In this document: positions 46,616 to 56,233 of the stretch, piece by piece
How the letters are laid out: each line of letters begins with the position of its first letter
Numbering within the stretch: the stretch's first letter is position 1
Origin: Sediminibacterium goheungense
Lineage (GTDB): Bacteria; Bacteroidota; Bacteroidia; Chitinophagales; Chitinophagaceae
DNA length: 64,000 nucleotides
Direction: 5' to 3'
NCBI RefSeq assembly: GCF_004361915.1
Contig: NZ_SNWP01000010.1
Location: forward strand, 1,016,050-1,080,049
Position numbers and translations under genes: made by a program
Notes under the pieces: model-generated
Databases searched by the model: none
What the model was told of the DNA's origin: nothing
Seen by the model: only the letters and a program-made list of their open reading frames with translations

Positions 46616-49195
46616 ATGAGAAATTATTTTATCGCAGCAGCTTTGCTGGCTTCTACTGTGTCGGTTGCCCAAACCAGAGACACATCCAGACCCGCAGGTA
46701 CCCCGCAGATAAGTAATCTTGGCGGGGGGTTCCCCGGCGCAGGTGGCGCAGCCCGAAGCGGACCAAGAGCTTACAGGGACGTAATTACCAATAAAGCCAT
46801 TTCACAAAAAGGAATGGTGACTGTACACAAAGTAGAAGACAAATACTATTTTGAAGTACCTAATTCTATCTTAGGCCGTGAAATTCTTGCAGTTACACGT
46901 TACGTTAAAGTACCTGCTATTTCCGGCAACGGTCGGGGTGCCTATGGTGGCGAAGTAGCCAACCAGCAGACACTGGCATTTGAGAAAGGCCCTAACAGCA
47001 ATATCTTCCTCCGTACCATCACGCTGATTAACGCAGCAGATCCGAAAGATGATATCTATAAAGCCGTTACCAATTCTAACCTGAACGCCATTGCAGCCGC
47101 TTTCCCGATTGCAGCCTATGGTAAAGACAGTGCTTCTGTGGTACTGGATGTTACCGACTATTTTAAAGGTGATAACCAGGTTGTAAGCATCAATGCCAAT
47201 ATCAAACGTTCTTTAGGTCTGGGACCTATCTCAGCCGACAGATCTTATATTCAGAAAATCAGCACCTACCCTATTAATACCGAAATCAGAACGGTGAAAA
47301 CCTTTACCGCTGGTGGTGGTGGCGCAGCGATTGTAATTGGCGGCGGCGGCGGTGGAGCCAATATACCAGCTGCCAACGCTGCAGGTGCCGTAACCATTGA
47401 GCTCAATACTTCTATGCTATTGCTGCCTGAAAAACCAATGACACCCAGAATCGCAGACAAACGCGTTGGTTTCTTCACAGACGACTACGTGCTCTTTGGC
47501 GATAATCAGCAAAAAGTAGAAAACAAAGAATTTGCTGTTCGCTGGAGACTCGAACCAAAAGACGAAGATGTTGAAAAATGGAAAAGAGGTGAACTCGTTG
47601 AGCCTAAAAAACCCATCATCTACTATATCGATCCGGCTACACCAAAAGTGTGGAGAAAACACCTGATCCTCGGGATCAACGACTGGCAGAAAGCTTTTGA
47701 AAAAGCCGGTTTCAAAAATGCCATCATGGGTAAAGAGTGGCCTGAAAACGACACTACCATGAGCCTGGAAGATGCCCGCTATTCTGTAGTACGCTATTTC
47801 GCTTCTCCTACCGAGAATGCCTATGGACCCAATGTACACGATCCCAGAAGTGGTGAAATTCTTGAAAGCCATATCGGCTGGTACCATAACGTTATGAAAC
47901 TGGTACACGACTGGTACATGATTCAAACCGCCGCTACAGACCCACGTGCACGCAAAATGAAGTTTGATGATGACCTGATGGGCGATCTGATCCGTTTTGT
48001 ATCCTCACATGAAGTAGGTCATACCCTCGGTCTGCGCCATAACATGGGTAGCAGCAGCAAAACACCGGTTGAAAAACTGCGTGATAAAGCATGGGTTGAA
48101 GCCAATGGACATACCGCTTCTATCATGGACTATGCACGTTTTAACTATGTAGCACAGCCTGAAGATAATATTACCAAAGACGGTTTATATCCACGTATTG
48201 GCGAGTATGATGCATGGGCCATGCGTTGGGGTTATGGTTATATTCCTGGTGCTACAGAAGAAGAAGTAAAAAAGAACAGCAACAAGCTCGTTACAGAAAC
48301 CCTGAAAGCCAATCCACGTACCTGGTTTGGTACTTATGAATCAGGTAACCAGAGCGATCCAAGAAGCCAGAGCGAAGACCTGAGTGATAATGCCGTAAAA
48401 GCCAGCGATTATGGTATTAAAAACCTCCAGCGTATTCTCGCCAATCTGGTAGAATGGACCAAAGAAGAAGGCGACCAGAATGAAAATATCGCCACTATGT
48501 ATGGTCAGTTATTGGGTCAGTACCGTCGTTATTACGGACATGTTGCACGTAATATCGGAGGTGTATATGAAACCTTTAAAGTGGCAGAACAGGATGAGCC
48601 TGTATATGAGCCCACACCAAAAGCTATGCAGCGTGATGCATTGGCTTATATGAACCGTCAGGTATTCCAGACACCAAAATGGCTGATCGACAAAAAAATC
48701 TGGGATAAAATCAACGCACCTGGTACAGCCGATCCCCTGGCATCTGCACAGGAAGGCGCACTTGCTACCTTATTAACCCTCGACAGGTTAAACCGTATGC
48801 AGTATGCAGCTGAGCGTTTTGGTGCTGATAAAGCCTACAGCGCTATCGAAATGATGAATGACCTGCAGACTGACCTGTTCAGCGAGCTGAAATCAAATAA
48901 AGCCATTGACAACTATCGCAGAATGTTGCAGAAGAGCTATGTGGAGAAACTGAATAACCTGCTGAACCCAGCATCAAATAATGCTACTACCATTATTCTT
49001 GGTGGAGGTGGTTTCACCAATCCATACGCTTCTGGTGCCAACAGCCGTAGTGATGTTTACAGTATTGCCCGCGCACAACTTACACAGTTACGTGCCCAGG
49101 TAAATGCTGCTGCAGCTACCAACAGCGACAGAATGAGCAAGATCCACTTACAGGATCTCGCAGAAAAAATCAAAAGAGCATTAGATCCTAAATAA
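46616..49195 (+). CDS. Secreted zinc-dependent metalloprotease (DUF5117/DUF4953-type)
   Basis: Signal peptide. HExxH+ motif HEVGHTLGLRHN. ~860 aa. ORF opens at 46574; start set at the signal-peptide Met. Confidence 0.75.
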   Translation: MRNYFIAAALLASTVSVAQTRDTSRPAGTPQISNLGGGFPGAGGAARSGPRAYRDVITNKAISQKGMVTVHKVEDKYYFEVPNSILGREILAVTRYVKVPAISGNGRGAYGGEVANQQTLAFEKGPNSNIFLRTITLINAADPKDDIYKAVTNSNLNAIAAAFPIAAYGKDSASVVLDVTDYFKGDNQVVSINANIKRSLGLGPISADRSYIQKISTYPINTEIRTVKTFTAGGGGAAIVIGGGGGGANIPAANAAGAVTIELNTSMLLLPEKPMTPRIADKRVGFFTDDYVLFGDNQQKVENKEFAVRWRLEPKDEDVEKWKRGELVEPKKPIIYYIDPATPKVWRKHLILGINDWQKAFEKAGFKNAIMGKEWPENDTTMSLEDARYSVVRYFASPTENAYGPNVHDPRSGEILESHIGWYHNVMKLVHDWYMIQTAATDPRARKMKFDDDLMGDLIRFVSSHEVGHTLGLRHNMGSSSKTPVEKLRDKAWVEANGHTASIMDYARFNYVAQPEDNITKDGLYPRIGEYDAWAMRWGYGYIPGATEEEVKKNSNKLVTETLKANPRTWFGTYESGNQSDPRSQSEDLSDNAVKASDYGIKNLQRILANLVEWTKEEGDQNENIATMYGQLLGQYRRYYGHVARNIGGVYETFKVAEQDEPVYEPTPKAMQRDALAYMNRQVFQTPKWLIDKKIWDKINAPGTADPLASAQEGALATLLTLDRLNRMQYAAERFGADKAYSAIEMMNDLQTDLFSELKSNKAIDNYRRMLQKSYVEKLNNLLNPASNNATTIILGGGGFTNPYASGANSRSDVYSIARAQLTQLRAQVNAAAATNSDRMSKIHLQDLAEKIKRALDPK

Positions 49196-49215
49196 AACAG
49201 GATTTACCTCTGTTA

Positions 49216-49250
49216 AAAAGGCGCAGTAAATATTTACTGCGCCTTTTTTA
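49216..49250. terminator. Bidirectional terminator AAAAAGGCGCAGTAAA-TAT-TTACTGCGCCTTTTTT
   Basis: Perfect 13-bp stem flanked by A-run and T-run. 20 nt after the metalloprotease stop. Confidence 0.85.
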
Positions 49251-49395
49251 ATTTGGAAATTTTTTAATTTGGAAATTTGGAAATGAAAATATTGCTGATG
49301 ATCTGATAGAGTATCTACGGTAATTAAAAACAACGCAGTTGTTTCATTCTTCACATTTCCAAATTTCCAAATTGTCTCATTTTCAAATTATCCTT
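49250..49395. repeat. Octamer-unit hairpin element, (AATTTGRA)n … (TYCCAAAT)n
   Basis: Arms at 49250-49291 and 49353-49391. Downstream of the metalloprotease terminator. Confidence 0.7.
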
Positions 49396-49416
49396 ACATT
49401 GTGTAAAACCATCCAT

Positions 49417-50145
49417 ATGCTTGAACCATGGCGCACAGGTAAGGTCATCAGGATTGAAGACGCTACCGATTCTACACGTCGTTTCTGGATCGAGATCCCG
49501 GAATTGGCTTCTTTTGATTTTAAGCCTGGTCAGTTTGTAACACTTGACCTTCCTATTCATGAGAAAAAAAACAAACGCTGGCGCAGTTATTCCATCGCCT
49601 CTGCACCGGATGGTACCAATATTATTGAGCTGGTTATCGTATTACTCGAAGACGGTGCAGGCACCAATTATTTATTCAAAGAAGTACAGGTAGGTACAGA
49701 ACTTACACTTCGTGGTCCGCAGGGTGTTTTTACCTTACCTGAAATCATAGAAAAAGATTTATTCCTAATCTGCACCGGCACAGGCATTGCGCCATTTCGC
49801 TCAATGGCGCACTATATTCACCAACATAAAATTCCACACCAGGAAATTCATATCATTTTTGGCTGCAGAAAGCATGGTGATTGTCTATATGGGCCTGAAT
49901 TAAAACAACTGGAAAAAGACATGCCCGGCTTCTATTACCATCCGGTTTTTTCGCGCGAAGATGCAGTACCGGAAGGCGCTTATACCGGTTATGTACACGG
50001 TGTGTATGAAGAACTGCTACGCATCCATAAAAAGCCCGTTCATTTTTTCCTCTGCGGATGGAAGAACATGATCGACGAAGCCAAACAACGCATCATCGCT
50101 ATGGGATATGAGAAGAAAGATATTCACCTGGAGCTGTATGGGTGA
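49417..50145 (+). CDS. Ferredoxin-NADP reductase-like FAD/NAD(P)-binding oxidoreductase
   Basis: FAD-binding RSYSIAS and NAD-binding GTGIAP motifs. Start trimmed past a repeat element. Confidence 0.65.
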   Translation: MLEPWRTGKVIRIEDATDSTRRFWIEIPELASFDFKPGQFVTLDLPIHEKKNKRWRSYSIASAPDGTNIIELVIVLLEDGAGTNYLFKEVQVGTELTLRGPQGVFTLPEIIEKDLFLICTGTGIAPFRSMAHYIHQHKIPHQEIHIIFGCRKHGDCLYGPELKQLEKDMPGFYYHPVFSREDAVPEGAYTGYVHGVYEELLRIHKKPVHFFLCGWKNMIDEAKQRIIAMGYEKKDIHLELYG

Positions 50146-50153
50146 GGGAACAG

Positions 50154-50713
50154 AGAAATAAGAAATAAGGAATAAGGAATAAGGAATAAGGAATAAGGAA
50201 TAAGAAATTAGGGATGAGACGATTTACGGGTATTATTCTTTTTAGCAGTGTCAATACTTTTGAGGAATATAAATACGAGTTCTGAACATTCCTGTCTTAG
50301 TGTTGACAGATTAATTGGAATTTTCCAGTTCAATTTTTCTATAATAGCCAGACAATTTCTTGTTTCGCGCAATTCTTTGAGTGCGACTTTCATCTTATGA
50401 ATGAAGTCTGTTCGTGATTCCGCTGATTGAGCCTCTCCATAATGTAAAGCCGGGGCTGATCCACTTCTGGTCAATTGTCCTCCCAAATGATTTCCAGCAA
50501 ATGTCCTTGGAAGTTTCTCTGCTGCCTGAATACAACTAACTGCAAATTGAATCAACCTGTCTTCAAGATCAAACTTATATCTGGTTTCCATATAACTGAT
50601 TTATCATACAAATTTCAACCTCATACCCACAAAAAAATAGCGTATTTATACGGTGTACAAATACGCTACTCATATTACTTTCTTATTCCTTATTTCCTAT
50701 TCCTTATTCCTCT
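50154..50713. mobile_element. IVS-like mini-element: four-helix-bundle gene bounded by inverted (AATAAGG)n / (CCTTATT)n heptad arrays
   Basis: Left arm 50154-50211 (AATAAGG x ~7). Right arm 50676-50713 (CCTTATT x ~5). Wedged between the stops of two convergent genes. Confidence 0.45.
50208..50591 (-). CDS. Four-helix-bundle protein (23S rRNA intervening-sequence protein family, TIGR02436-like)
   Basis: 127 aa. Helical IVS-protein-like sequence (…KMKVALKELRETRNCLAIIEKL…). Lies between long heptad inverted repeats. Confidence 0.65.
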   Translation of the reverse strand: METRYKFDLEDRLIQFAVSCIQAAEKLPRTFAGNHLGGQLTRSGSAPALHYGEAQSAESRTDFIHKMKVALKELRETRNCLAIIEKLNWKIPINLSTLRQECSELVFIFLKSIDTAKKNNTRKSSHP

Positions 50714-50715
50714 GT

Positions 50716-52179
50716 TTACAATGCCTCCATTACAATTCTCCGTACTTCTTTCATCGCAACTCGCTCCTGCACCATGCTGTCTCTATGGCGGATGGTTACG
50801 GTGCCGTCTTCTTTGGTTTGGTGGTCGATGGTTACACAGAAAGGAGTGCCGATGGCATCCTGCCGGCGGTAACGTTTACCGATGGCATCTTTTTCTTCGT
50901 AGAAACATTTGAAATGCGGTTTGCATTCATTCAATAATTCTTTGGCTATTTCAGGTAATCCCTCTTTTTTCATCAGGGGAAGAATCGCCAGTTTATTGGG
51001 TGCAATCTTTGCAGGAATACGCATTACCACACGGCTGTCTGTTGAACCATCTTCTTTGGTAATGGTTTCCTCATCATAAGCATGGCTCATTACCAGCAGG
51101 AACATACGATCGAGACCAATAGAGGTTTCTACTACATACGGAATATAATTGCCATAAGGCTTACCTGTTGCCGGATCAATATCAGCATCAAAATACTGTT
51201 GCTTTTTCTTACTGTATTCCTGATGACTCTTCAGGTCAAAATCCGTTCTGCTATGAATACCTTCCACTTCTTTAAAACCAAAAGGAAATTCATATTCAAT
51301 ATCCAGTGCCGCATCTGCATAATGCGCCAGTTTTACGTGGTCGTGGTAACGATATTTTTCTGCGGGTATACCCAGACTGGTATGCCATTTCATCCGCTCT
51401 TCTTTCCAGAAGTTATACCATTCCATCTGGGTACCGGGGCGTACAAAAAACTGCATTTCCATCTGTTCAAACTCACGCATACGGAAAATAAACTGACGGG
51501 CCACAATCTCATTTCGGAATGCCTTACCGGTTTGTGCAATACCAAAAGGTATTTTCATCCTGGCTGTTTTCTGCACATTGAGGAAGTTTACAAAAATACC
51601 CTGTGCCGTTTCCGGCCTCAGGTAAATGGTATCCGCATCTTCCGCTACAGAACCCAGCTGGGTAGAGAACATGAGGTTAAACTGGCGTATATCTGTCCAG
51701 TTAGCCGTACCACTTACACTACACACAATTTTATGGTCGTTCATCAGTTGTTTCAGGCCTGCAAAATCTTCTGCTGCCAGCAACTGATCCATCGATGCCA
51801 GCAATGCATCTGCACCGGCTGCATCGCCGTTTTCTCTTAACTGATCAGCTTTTGCTTCCAGCAAATGATCTACCCGGTATCTTTTTTTACTGTCTTTATT
51901 GTCGATCATCGGGTCACTGAAATTGTCTACGTGACCGCTTGCTTTCCAGGTGGTGGGGTGCATAAAAATAGCCGCGTCGATACCCACGATATTGTCGTGC
52001 ATCTGTGTCATGCTTCTCCACCAGTAATCGCGGATATTCTTCTTCAGCTCTGCCCCGTACGGACCGTAATCATATACCGCACTTAACCCATCATAAATTT
52101 CACTACTGGGAAATACAAATCCATACTCTTTGGCATGCGAAATAATAGCCTGGAAACGATTGTCTTGTTGTATGCTCAT
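50716..52179 (-). CDS. glyQS: Glycine--tRNA ligase (dimeric class II GlyQS form)
   Basis: 487 aa. N-terminus QDNRFQAIISHAKEYGFVFPSSEIYDGLSAVYDYGPYG. Class II motifs. Confidence 0.9.
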   Translation of the reverse strand: MSIQQDNRFQAIISHAKEYGFVFPSSEIYDGLSAVYDYGPYGAELKKNIRDYWWRSMTQMHDNIVGIDAAIFMHPTTWKASGHVDNFSDPMIDNKDSKKRYRVDHLLEAKADQLRENGDAAGADALLASMDQLLAAEDFAGLKQLMNDHKIVCSVSGTANWTDIRQFNLMFSTQLGSVAEDADTIYLRPETAQGIFVNFLNVQKTARMKIPFGIAQTGKAFRNEIVARQFIFRMREFEQMEMQFFVRPGTQMEWYNFWKEERMKWHTSLGIPAEKYRYHDHVKLAHYADAALDIEYEFPFGFKEVEGIHSRTDFDLKSHQEYSKKKQQYFDADIDPATGKPYGNYIPYVVETSIGLDRMFLLVMSHAYDEETITKEDGSTDSRVVMRIPAKIAPNKLAILPLMKKEGLPEIAKELLNECKPHFKCFYEEKDAIGKRYRRQDAIGTPFCVTIDHQTKEDGTVTIRHRDSMVQERVAMKEVRRIVMEAL

Positions 52180-52204
52180 AACGGAGCAAAAGTAAGAGAT
52201 TTTA

Positions 52205-52335
52205 GGGGAAGCTGTGAGCCCCGAGCTATGAGCGTTGAGCTGTAAAATTTCATTATCTATTTTAATTCATCATCAGATTTCCCTTAAACCACCATCAAGC
52301 TCAAGGCCTGCAGCTCATAGCTCACAGCCTCCCTG
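52205..52335. repeat. Inverted repeat built from GAGCT/TGAGC units, in the divergent glyQS / aminopeptidase promoter region
   Basis: Arms AAGCTGTGAGCCCCGAGCTATGAGCGTTGAGCT and AGCTCAAGGCCTGCAGCTCATAGCTCACAGCCT. Confidence 0.6.
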
Positions 52336-52408
52336 CTAGCCTTTCCTCATTTTTTTTCGAAGGGCTCGCCGAAAACCTATAGTTTTAATGCGCTCAAAAA
52401 AATACAAC

Positions 52409-53803
52409 ATGCTTAGAAAAATCTCTTTCAGGCTACTTTGCTTGCTGATGCCTGCCATTTCTCTGGCCCAGCAAACCACCGAGTACCCCAACGATTACCT
52501 TAGTCCGGAATTTCATGCCGGCCGCCGTGCTGCTTTCAGGGAAATGATGCCCGATAATGCTGTAGGGGTGTTTTTTGCCTCACAGGTAAGGGTAAGAAAC
52601 AATGATGTGGATTACCAATATGCACAAAGCAAAAATTTTTACTATTTCACCGGACTTGAAGAACCCAATTCACTGCTTTTACTTTTCAAAAAGCCGGTTA
52701 CCATTTTAGGAGCTACAGGCACTGAATTCATTTTCGTACAGAACCGCAACCCACAACAGGAAATGTGGACGGGTAAGATACTCGGCGTAGAGGGCGTTAA
52801 GAATAAGTATAAAATTGCCAATGTATTTACGAATGATAAGTTTACCGCCAATACTTTAGACCTGAGTGCTGTTGATACAGTTCTCACCGTGTACAAAGGA
52901 GAAAACATTCTTTCTAAATACGGAAGTCGTGATCAGCTGTCTCGTATGGCTGGTATTGTAGACAGTATGATTACTGCACTTAAAAAACCTGTCGGTGAAC
53001 GCACTACCGGCAGAATTATGACAGCACTGCGTGGCATTAAACAGCCGGAAGAAATTCGTTTACTTGAAAAAGCGGCTGCTATGAGCTGCGAAGGACATAA
53101 TGATGTGATGCGTGCCGTTAAACCAGGCATGACTGAATACCAGGCGCAGGCCATTATGGAATATAATTTCAAGAAAAATGGTTCTGAATATCCTGGTTAT
53201 CCCAGCATCAATGGATCTTCTGAAAATTCCTGCGTACTGCATTATGTTACCAATCTCCGTTTAATGAAAGATGGTGATTTATTACTGAGTGATTGTGCTG
53301 CAGAATACCATGGCTACACGGCTGATGTTACCAGAACCATTCCTGTAAACGGCAAATTCACACCCGAACAAAAGCTCATTTATGAACTGGTATTGGAAGC
53401 ACAGGATTCAGGCTTTGCGGCCTGCAAGCCCGGTAACCCTTTTGGTGCCGTAGATGCTGCTGCCCGTCGTGTTATTAACCGCGGACTCATTAAACTGGGT
53501 ATTGTTGCTAATGAGCAGGAAGCCCGTCAGTACTTCCCTCACGGCACTTCACATCATCTGGGTCTTGACGTACATGATATGGGACCTCGTACTTTAATGG
53601 AAGGTGTATGTTTAACGGTAGAACCCGGTATTTATATCCCACCGGGAAGTAATTGCGATAAAAAATGGTGGAATATCGGTGTTCGTATTGAAGACGATAT
53701 CCTGATCACCAAAGATGGTCATCGCAACCTCTCTGCTTCTTCGCCAAGAACAGTTGCTGAGATAGAGAAAATGGCGAAGCAGAAAAGCATTTTTGATAAA
53801 TAA
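52409..53803 (+). CDS. Xaa-Pro aminopeptidase (M24B, aminopeptidase P family), secreted
   Basis: Signal peptide. AMP_N domain plus M24 pita-bread domain with metal ligands (HGTSHHLGLDVHD, EPGIY, RIEDD). Confidence 0.8.
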   Translation: MLRKISFRLLCLLMPAISLAQQTTEYPNDYLSPEFHAGRRAAFREMMPDNAVGVFFASQVRVRNNDVDYQYAQSKNFYYFTGLEEPNSLLLLFKKPVTILGATGTEFIFVQNRNPQQEMWTGKILGVEGVKNKYKIANVFTNDKFTANTLDLSAVDTVLTVYKGENILSKYGSRDQLSRMAGIVDSMITALKKPVGERTTGRIMTALRGIKQPEEIRLLEKAAAMSCEGHNDVMRAVKPGMTEYQAQAIMEYNFKKNGSEYPGYPSINGSSENSCVLHYVTNLRLMKDGDLLLSDCAAEYHGYTADVTRTIPVNGKFTPEQKLIYELVLEAQDSGFAACKPGNPFGAVDAAARRVINRGLIKLGIVANEQEARQYFPHGTSHHLGLDVHDMGPRTLMEGVCLTVEPGIYIPPGSNCDKKWWNIGVRIEDDILITKDGHRNLSASSPRTVAEIEKMAKQKSIFDK

Positions 53804-53805
53804 AC

Positions 53806-53915
53806 AATTTGAAAATTTGGAAATTTGGAAATTTGAAAATGGTGGTTATTATAACCAGAACGTTATCGAAAGGTTAGGCCTTATGACATTTTCAAATTTC
53901 CAAATTTTCAAATTA
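53806..53915. repeat. Octamer-unit hairpin element, (AATTTGRA)n … (TTYCAAAT)n, same family as 49250-49395
   Basis: Between the convergent pepP-like and mazG-like genes. Right arm abuts the mazG stop. Confidence 0.7.
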
Positions 53916-54234
53916 ACTTATCATTCTCCTTGTGCCTGTTCCCATCTCTCAGGTTTTTCTTTTCGAAGTTTTTCCGCAGGGATTCTGTAAGGTTTACGCC
54001 GGTTTGATTGGCCAAACAGATTAACACCCATAACACATCCGCCATTTCATCACTCAGCTCCTTCCCTTTATCAGATTCTTTGAAGGATTGCTCTCCATAG
54101 GTTCTTACCATCAACCTGCTGAGTTCACCTACTTCTTCCATAAGAATACCCAGATTGGTTAATTCATTAAAATAACGAACACCGGTGGTATTGATCCATT
54201 GATCTACCTGTTGTTGTGCCTCTTCAATAGTCAT
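53908..54234 (-). CDS. MazG-like nucleotide pyrophosphohydrolase
   Basis: 108 aa with EExxE-type all-alpha NTP-PPase motifs (LMEEVGELSRL…ELSDEMADVLWVLICLA). Confidence 0.75.
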   Translation of the reverse strand: MTIEEAQQQVDQWINTTGVRYFNELTNLGILMEEVGELSRLMVRTYGEQSFKESDKGKELSDEMADVLWVLICLANQTGVNLTESLRKNFEKKNLRDGNRHKENDKLI

Positions 54235-54236
54235 GA

Positions 54237-54635
54237 TTAATTGTTTTGTAGGTTGATGGGCGATGCTCCATGAATGGTTTTTATTTTCATTACCGTTGCG
54301 ATAGATAGTGCTCTTTGTTTGGCCAGTTCCGCTTTATCACCCTCAAATAATGCTGTTACCGTTGACTGAAACAGGTTTACCCATCTTTCAAAATGCTGTT
54401 CTGTAAAAGGAGATTTTGTATGCAAATGCTGATGAACCGCGATAGCATTCGATTTATACCTTGCCACACCAAACAATACCGTTTCCCAAAAATCTACAAT
54501 CACAGGCAGGTGCTTTTCAAGATCCATTTGGATAACTTCGGTAAAATAATGTCCGATGATGGCATCGGGAATGGCTTTGGCGTAAAAGGCACGCATCAGC
54601 TGTTCAATATCTTCTCTGGTTTCAATATCGCTCAT
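54237..54635 (-). CDS. Truncated hemoglobin (group III-like globin)
   Basis: 132 aa with pattern HLPVIVDFWETVLFG…YK.N…H..L……HFERW. Confidence 0.55.
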   Translation of the reverse strand: MSDIETREDIEQLMRAFYAKAIPDAIIGHYFTEVIQMDLEKHLPVIVDFWETVLFGVARYKSNAIAVHQHLHTKSPFTEQHFERWVNLFQSTVTALFEGDKAELAKQRALSIATVMKIKTIHGASPINLQNN

Positions 54636-55090
54636 TCCTTATTTTTTGAATCCATCACAATTGTTACCGGACCATCATTCAATAAACTCACTTTCATATC
54701 TGCGCCAAAGATACCTGTTGCAACAGGCTTACCCAGATCTTGTGATAACTGCTGAATCATACTTTCATACATAGGAACCGCTATATCGGGCTTTGAAGCG
54801 CGGATATAAGAAGGCCGGTTTCCTTTTTTGGTACTGGCGTGCAGGGTAAACTGACTAACCAGCAGAATACCACCACCTACGTCTTTAACAGATAGGTTCA
54901 TGACGCCATCAGCATCATCGAACAGACGGATATTGGTGATTTTATTGCTCAGCCAATCAATATCTTCTCTGGTATCTGCGTCTTCAATACCCACCAATAC
55001 CAGCAGCCCTTTACCGATGCTGCCCGTAACCTTCCCCTCTACCCGTACTGCTGCTTCACTCACTCTTTGTATCACAATTCTCATATTCAA
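54632..55090 (-). CDS. dtd: D-aminoacyl-tRNA deacylase
   Basis: 152 aa. RIVIQRV…GLLVLVG…SQFTL…GNRP motifs. Confidence 0.85.
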   Translation of the reverse strand: MNMRIVIQRVSEAAVRVEGKVTGSIGKGLLVLVGIEDADTREDIDWLSNKITNIRLFDDADGVMNLSVKDVGGGILLVSQFTLHASTKKGNRPSYIRASKPDIAVPMYESMIQQLSQDLGKPVATGIFGADMKVSLLNDGPVTIVMDSKNKE

Positions 55091-55120
55091 TTCCTCTTTT
55101 TATACGAACTTTATTTTGAA

Positions 55121-55531
55121 ATGAAGATAGATATTAGAACTGAAATATTGTTTCAGACAGCCCGCAGTGGTGGCAAAGGTGGTCAGAACGTGAACAAAGT
55201 AGAGACCATGGTGGAGGGCCGTTGGAAAGTGGCTGACTCCGTATTTTTTACAGAAGAAGAAAAAGCACTGATCCTGGAAAGATTGTCTAACCGTATTACA
55301 GATGATGGCTATTTACTGGTAAAGTCGCAGTCTGAAAGATCGCAACTGGGTAATAAAGATGAAGTGATCCGTAAAATTACCCAACTGATCACTACTTCTC
55401 TTATCAAAAGAAAAATACGTAAACCTACCCAACCTTCCAAAGCAGCGAAAGAAAAGAGACTGGAGTCAAAGAAAAAGCATACCCGAAACAAAGAGCAAAG
55501 AAGAAAAATCAATAAGAACGATTATCTCTGA
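55121..55531 (+). CDS. arfB: Alternative ribosome-rescue factor ArfB (peptidyl-tRNA hydrolase, GGQ family)
   Basis: GGQ motif (SGGKGGQNVNKVET) and basic C-terminal tail. ORF opens earlier; start set at the conserved Met. Confidence 0.85.
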   Translation: MKIDIRTEILFQTARSGGKGGQNVNKVETMVEGRWKVADSVFFTEEEKALILERLSNRITDDGYLLVKSQSERSQLGNKDEVIRKITQLITTSLIKRKIRKPTQPSKAAKEKRLESKKKHTRNKEQRRKINKNDYL

Positions 55532-55534
55532 TTC

Positions 55535-56233
55535 GTGAAAAAAACTATTGTATTCATATCCCTGTTCATCTGCTATACTATGATGGTATCGGCACAAAAA
55601 AAACAAGTGCTTACCATCTGGTTTGAAAACCGTTTTGGAAAAGAACGGTTGATACCCGAACAAACTTTTTACCTGAATGGAACAGACACCCTGGTGATCA
55701 ATCGTTTTAAATACTATGTCTCCCATATACAATTAACGAACACTGCAGGTAAAACCATTGTTCCCGAAAATCAATACTATCTGATTGATATAGCCGACGA
55801 AAAAAGTACATCTGTTCAAATAACGGTTCCTGAGGGATCGTATACAGGTATTCAGTTTTTATTAGGTGTTGACAGTAGTCGTAATGTATCGGGCGTACAA
55901 ACAGGTGCACTAGATCCGTTAAACGGCATGTTCTGGACCTGGAACAGTGGTTATATTATGGCCAAGATGGAGGGGACAGCCAGCAGCTCAATGATAGCAG
56001 GCAAACAATTTACCTATCATATCGGTGGGTTTCGTCAGCATCAACAAACTGCCAGAAATATCCGGCTGCAAACCACTCCATTCCACACCTCTGTTACCAT
56101 TGTTGCAGATGCGGAAAAATGGTTGGAGGGTATTTCCATCGCCAAAGAACCTGTTTGCCATAGCCCTGGTACCCTGGCGGTTCGGATAGCAGATAATTAC
56201 AGCAAAATGTTTTCTATTAGTGTAAAGGAATGA
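55535..56233 (+). CDS. MbnP-family periplasmic protein
   Basis: 232 aa with signal peptide. Translationally coupled (4-nt overlap) to a di-heme cytochrome c peroxidase, the MbnP/MbnH arrangement. Confidence 0.55.
   Translation: MKKTIVFISLFICYTMMVSAQKKQVLTIWFENRFGKERLIPEQTFYLNGTDTLVINRFKYYVSHIQLTNTAGKTIVPENQYYLIDIADEKSTSVQITVPEGSYTGIQFLLGVDSSRNVSGVQTGALDPLNGMFWTWNSGYIMAKMEGTASSSMIAGKQFTYHIGGFRQHQQTARNIRLQTTPFHTSVTIVADAEKWLEGISIAKEPVCHSPGTLAVRIADNYSKMFSISVKE

Noticed and set aside
51082-51840. 252-aa ORF antisense within glyQS
   Set aside because: Shadow ORF of an essential, well-conserved gene with no recognisable domain.
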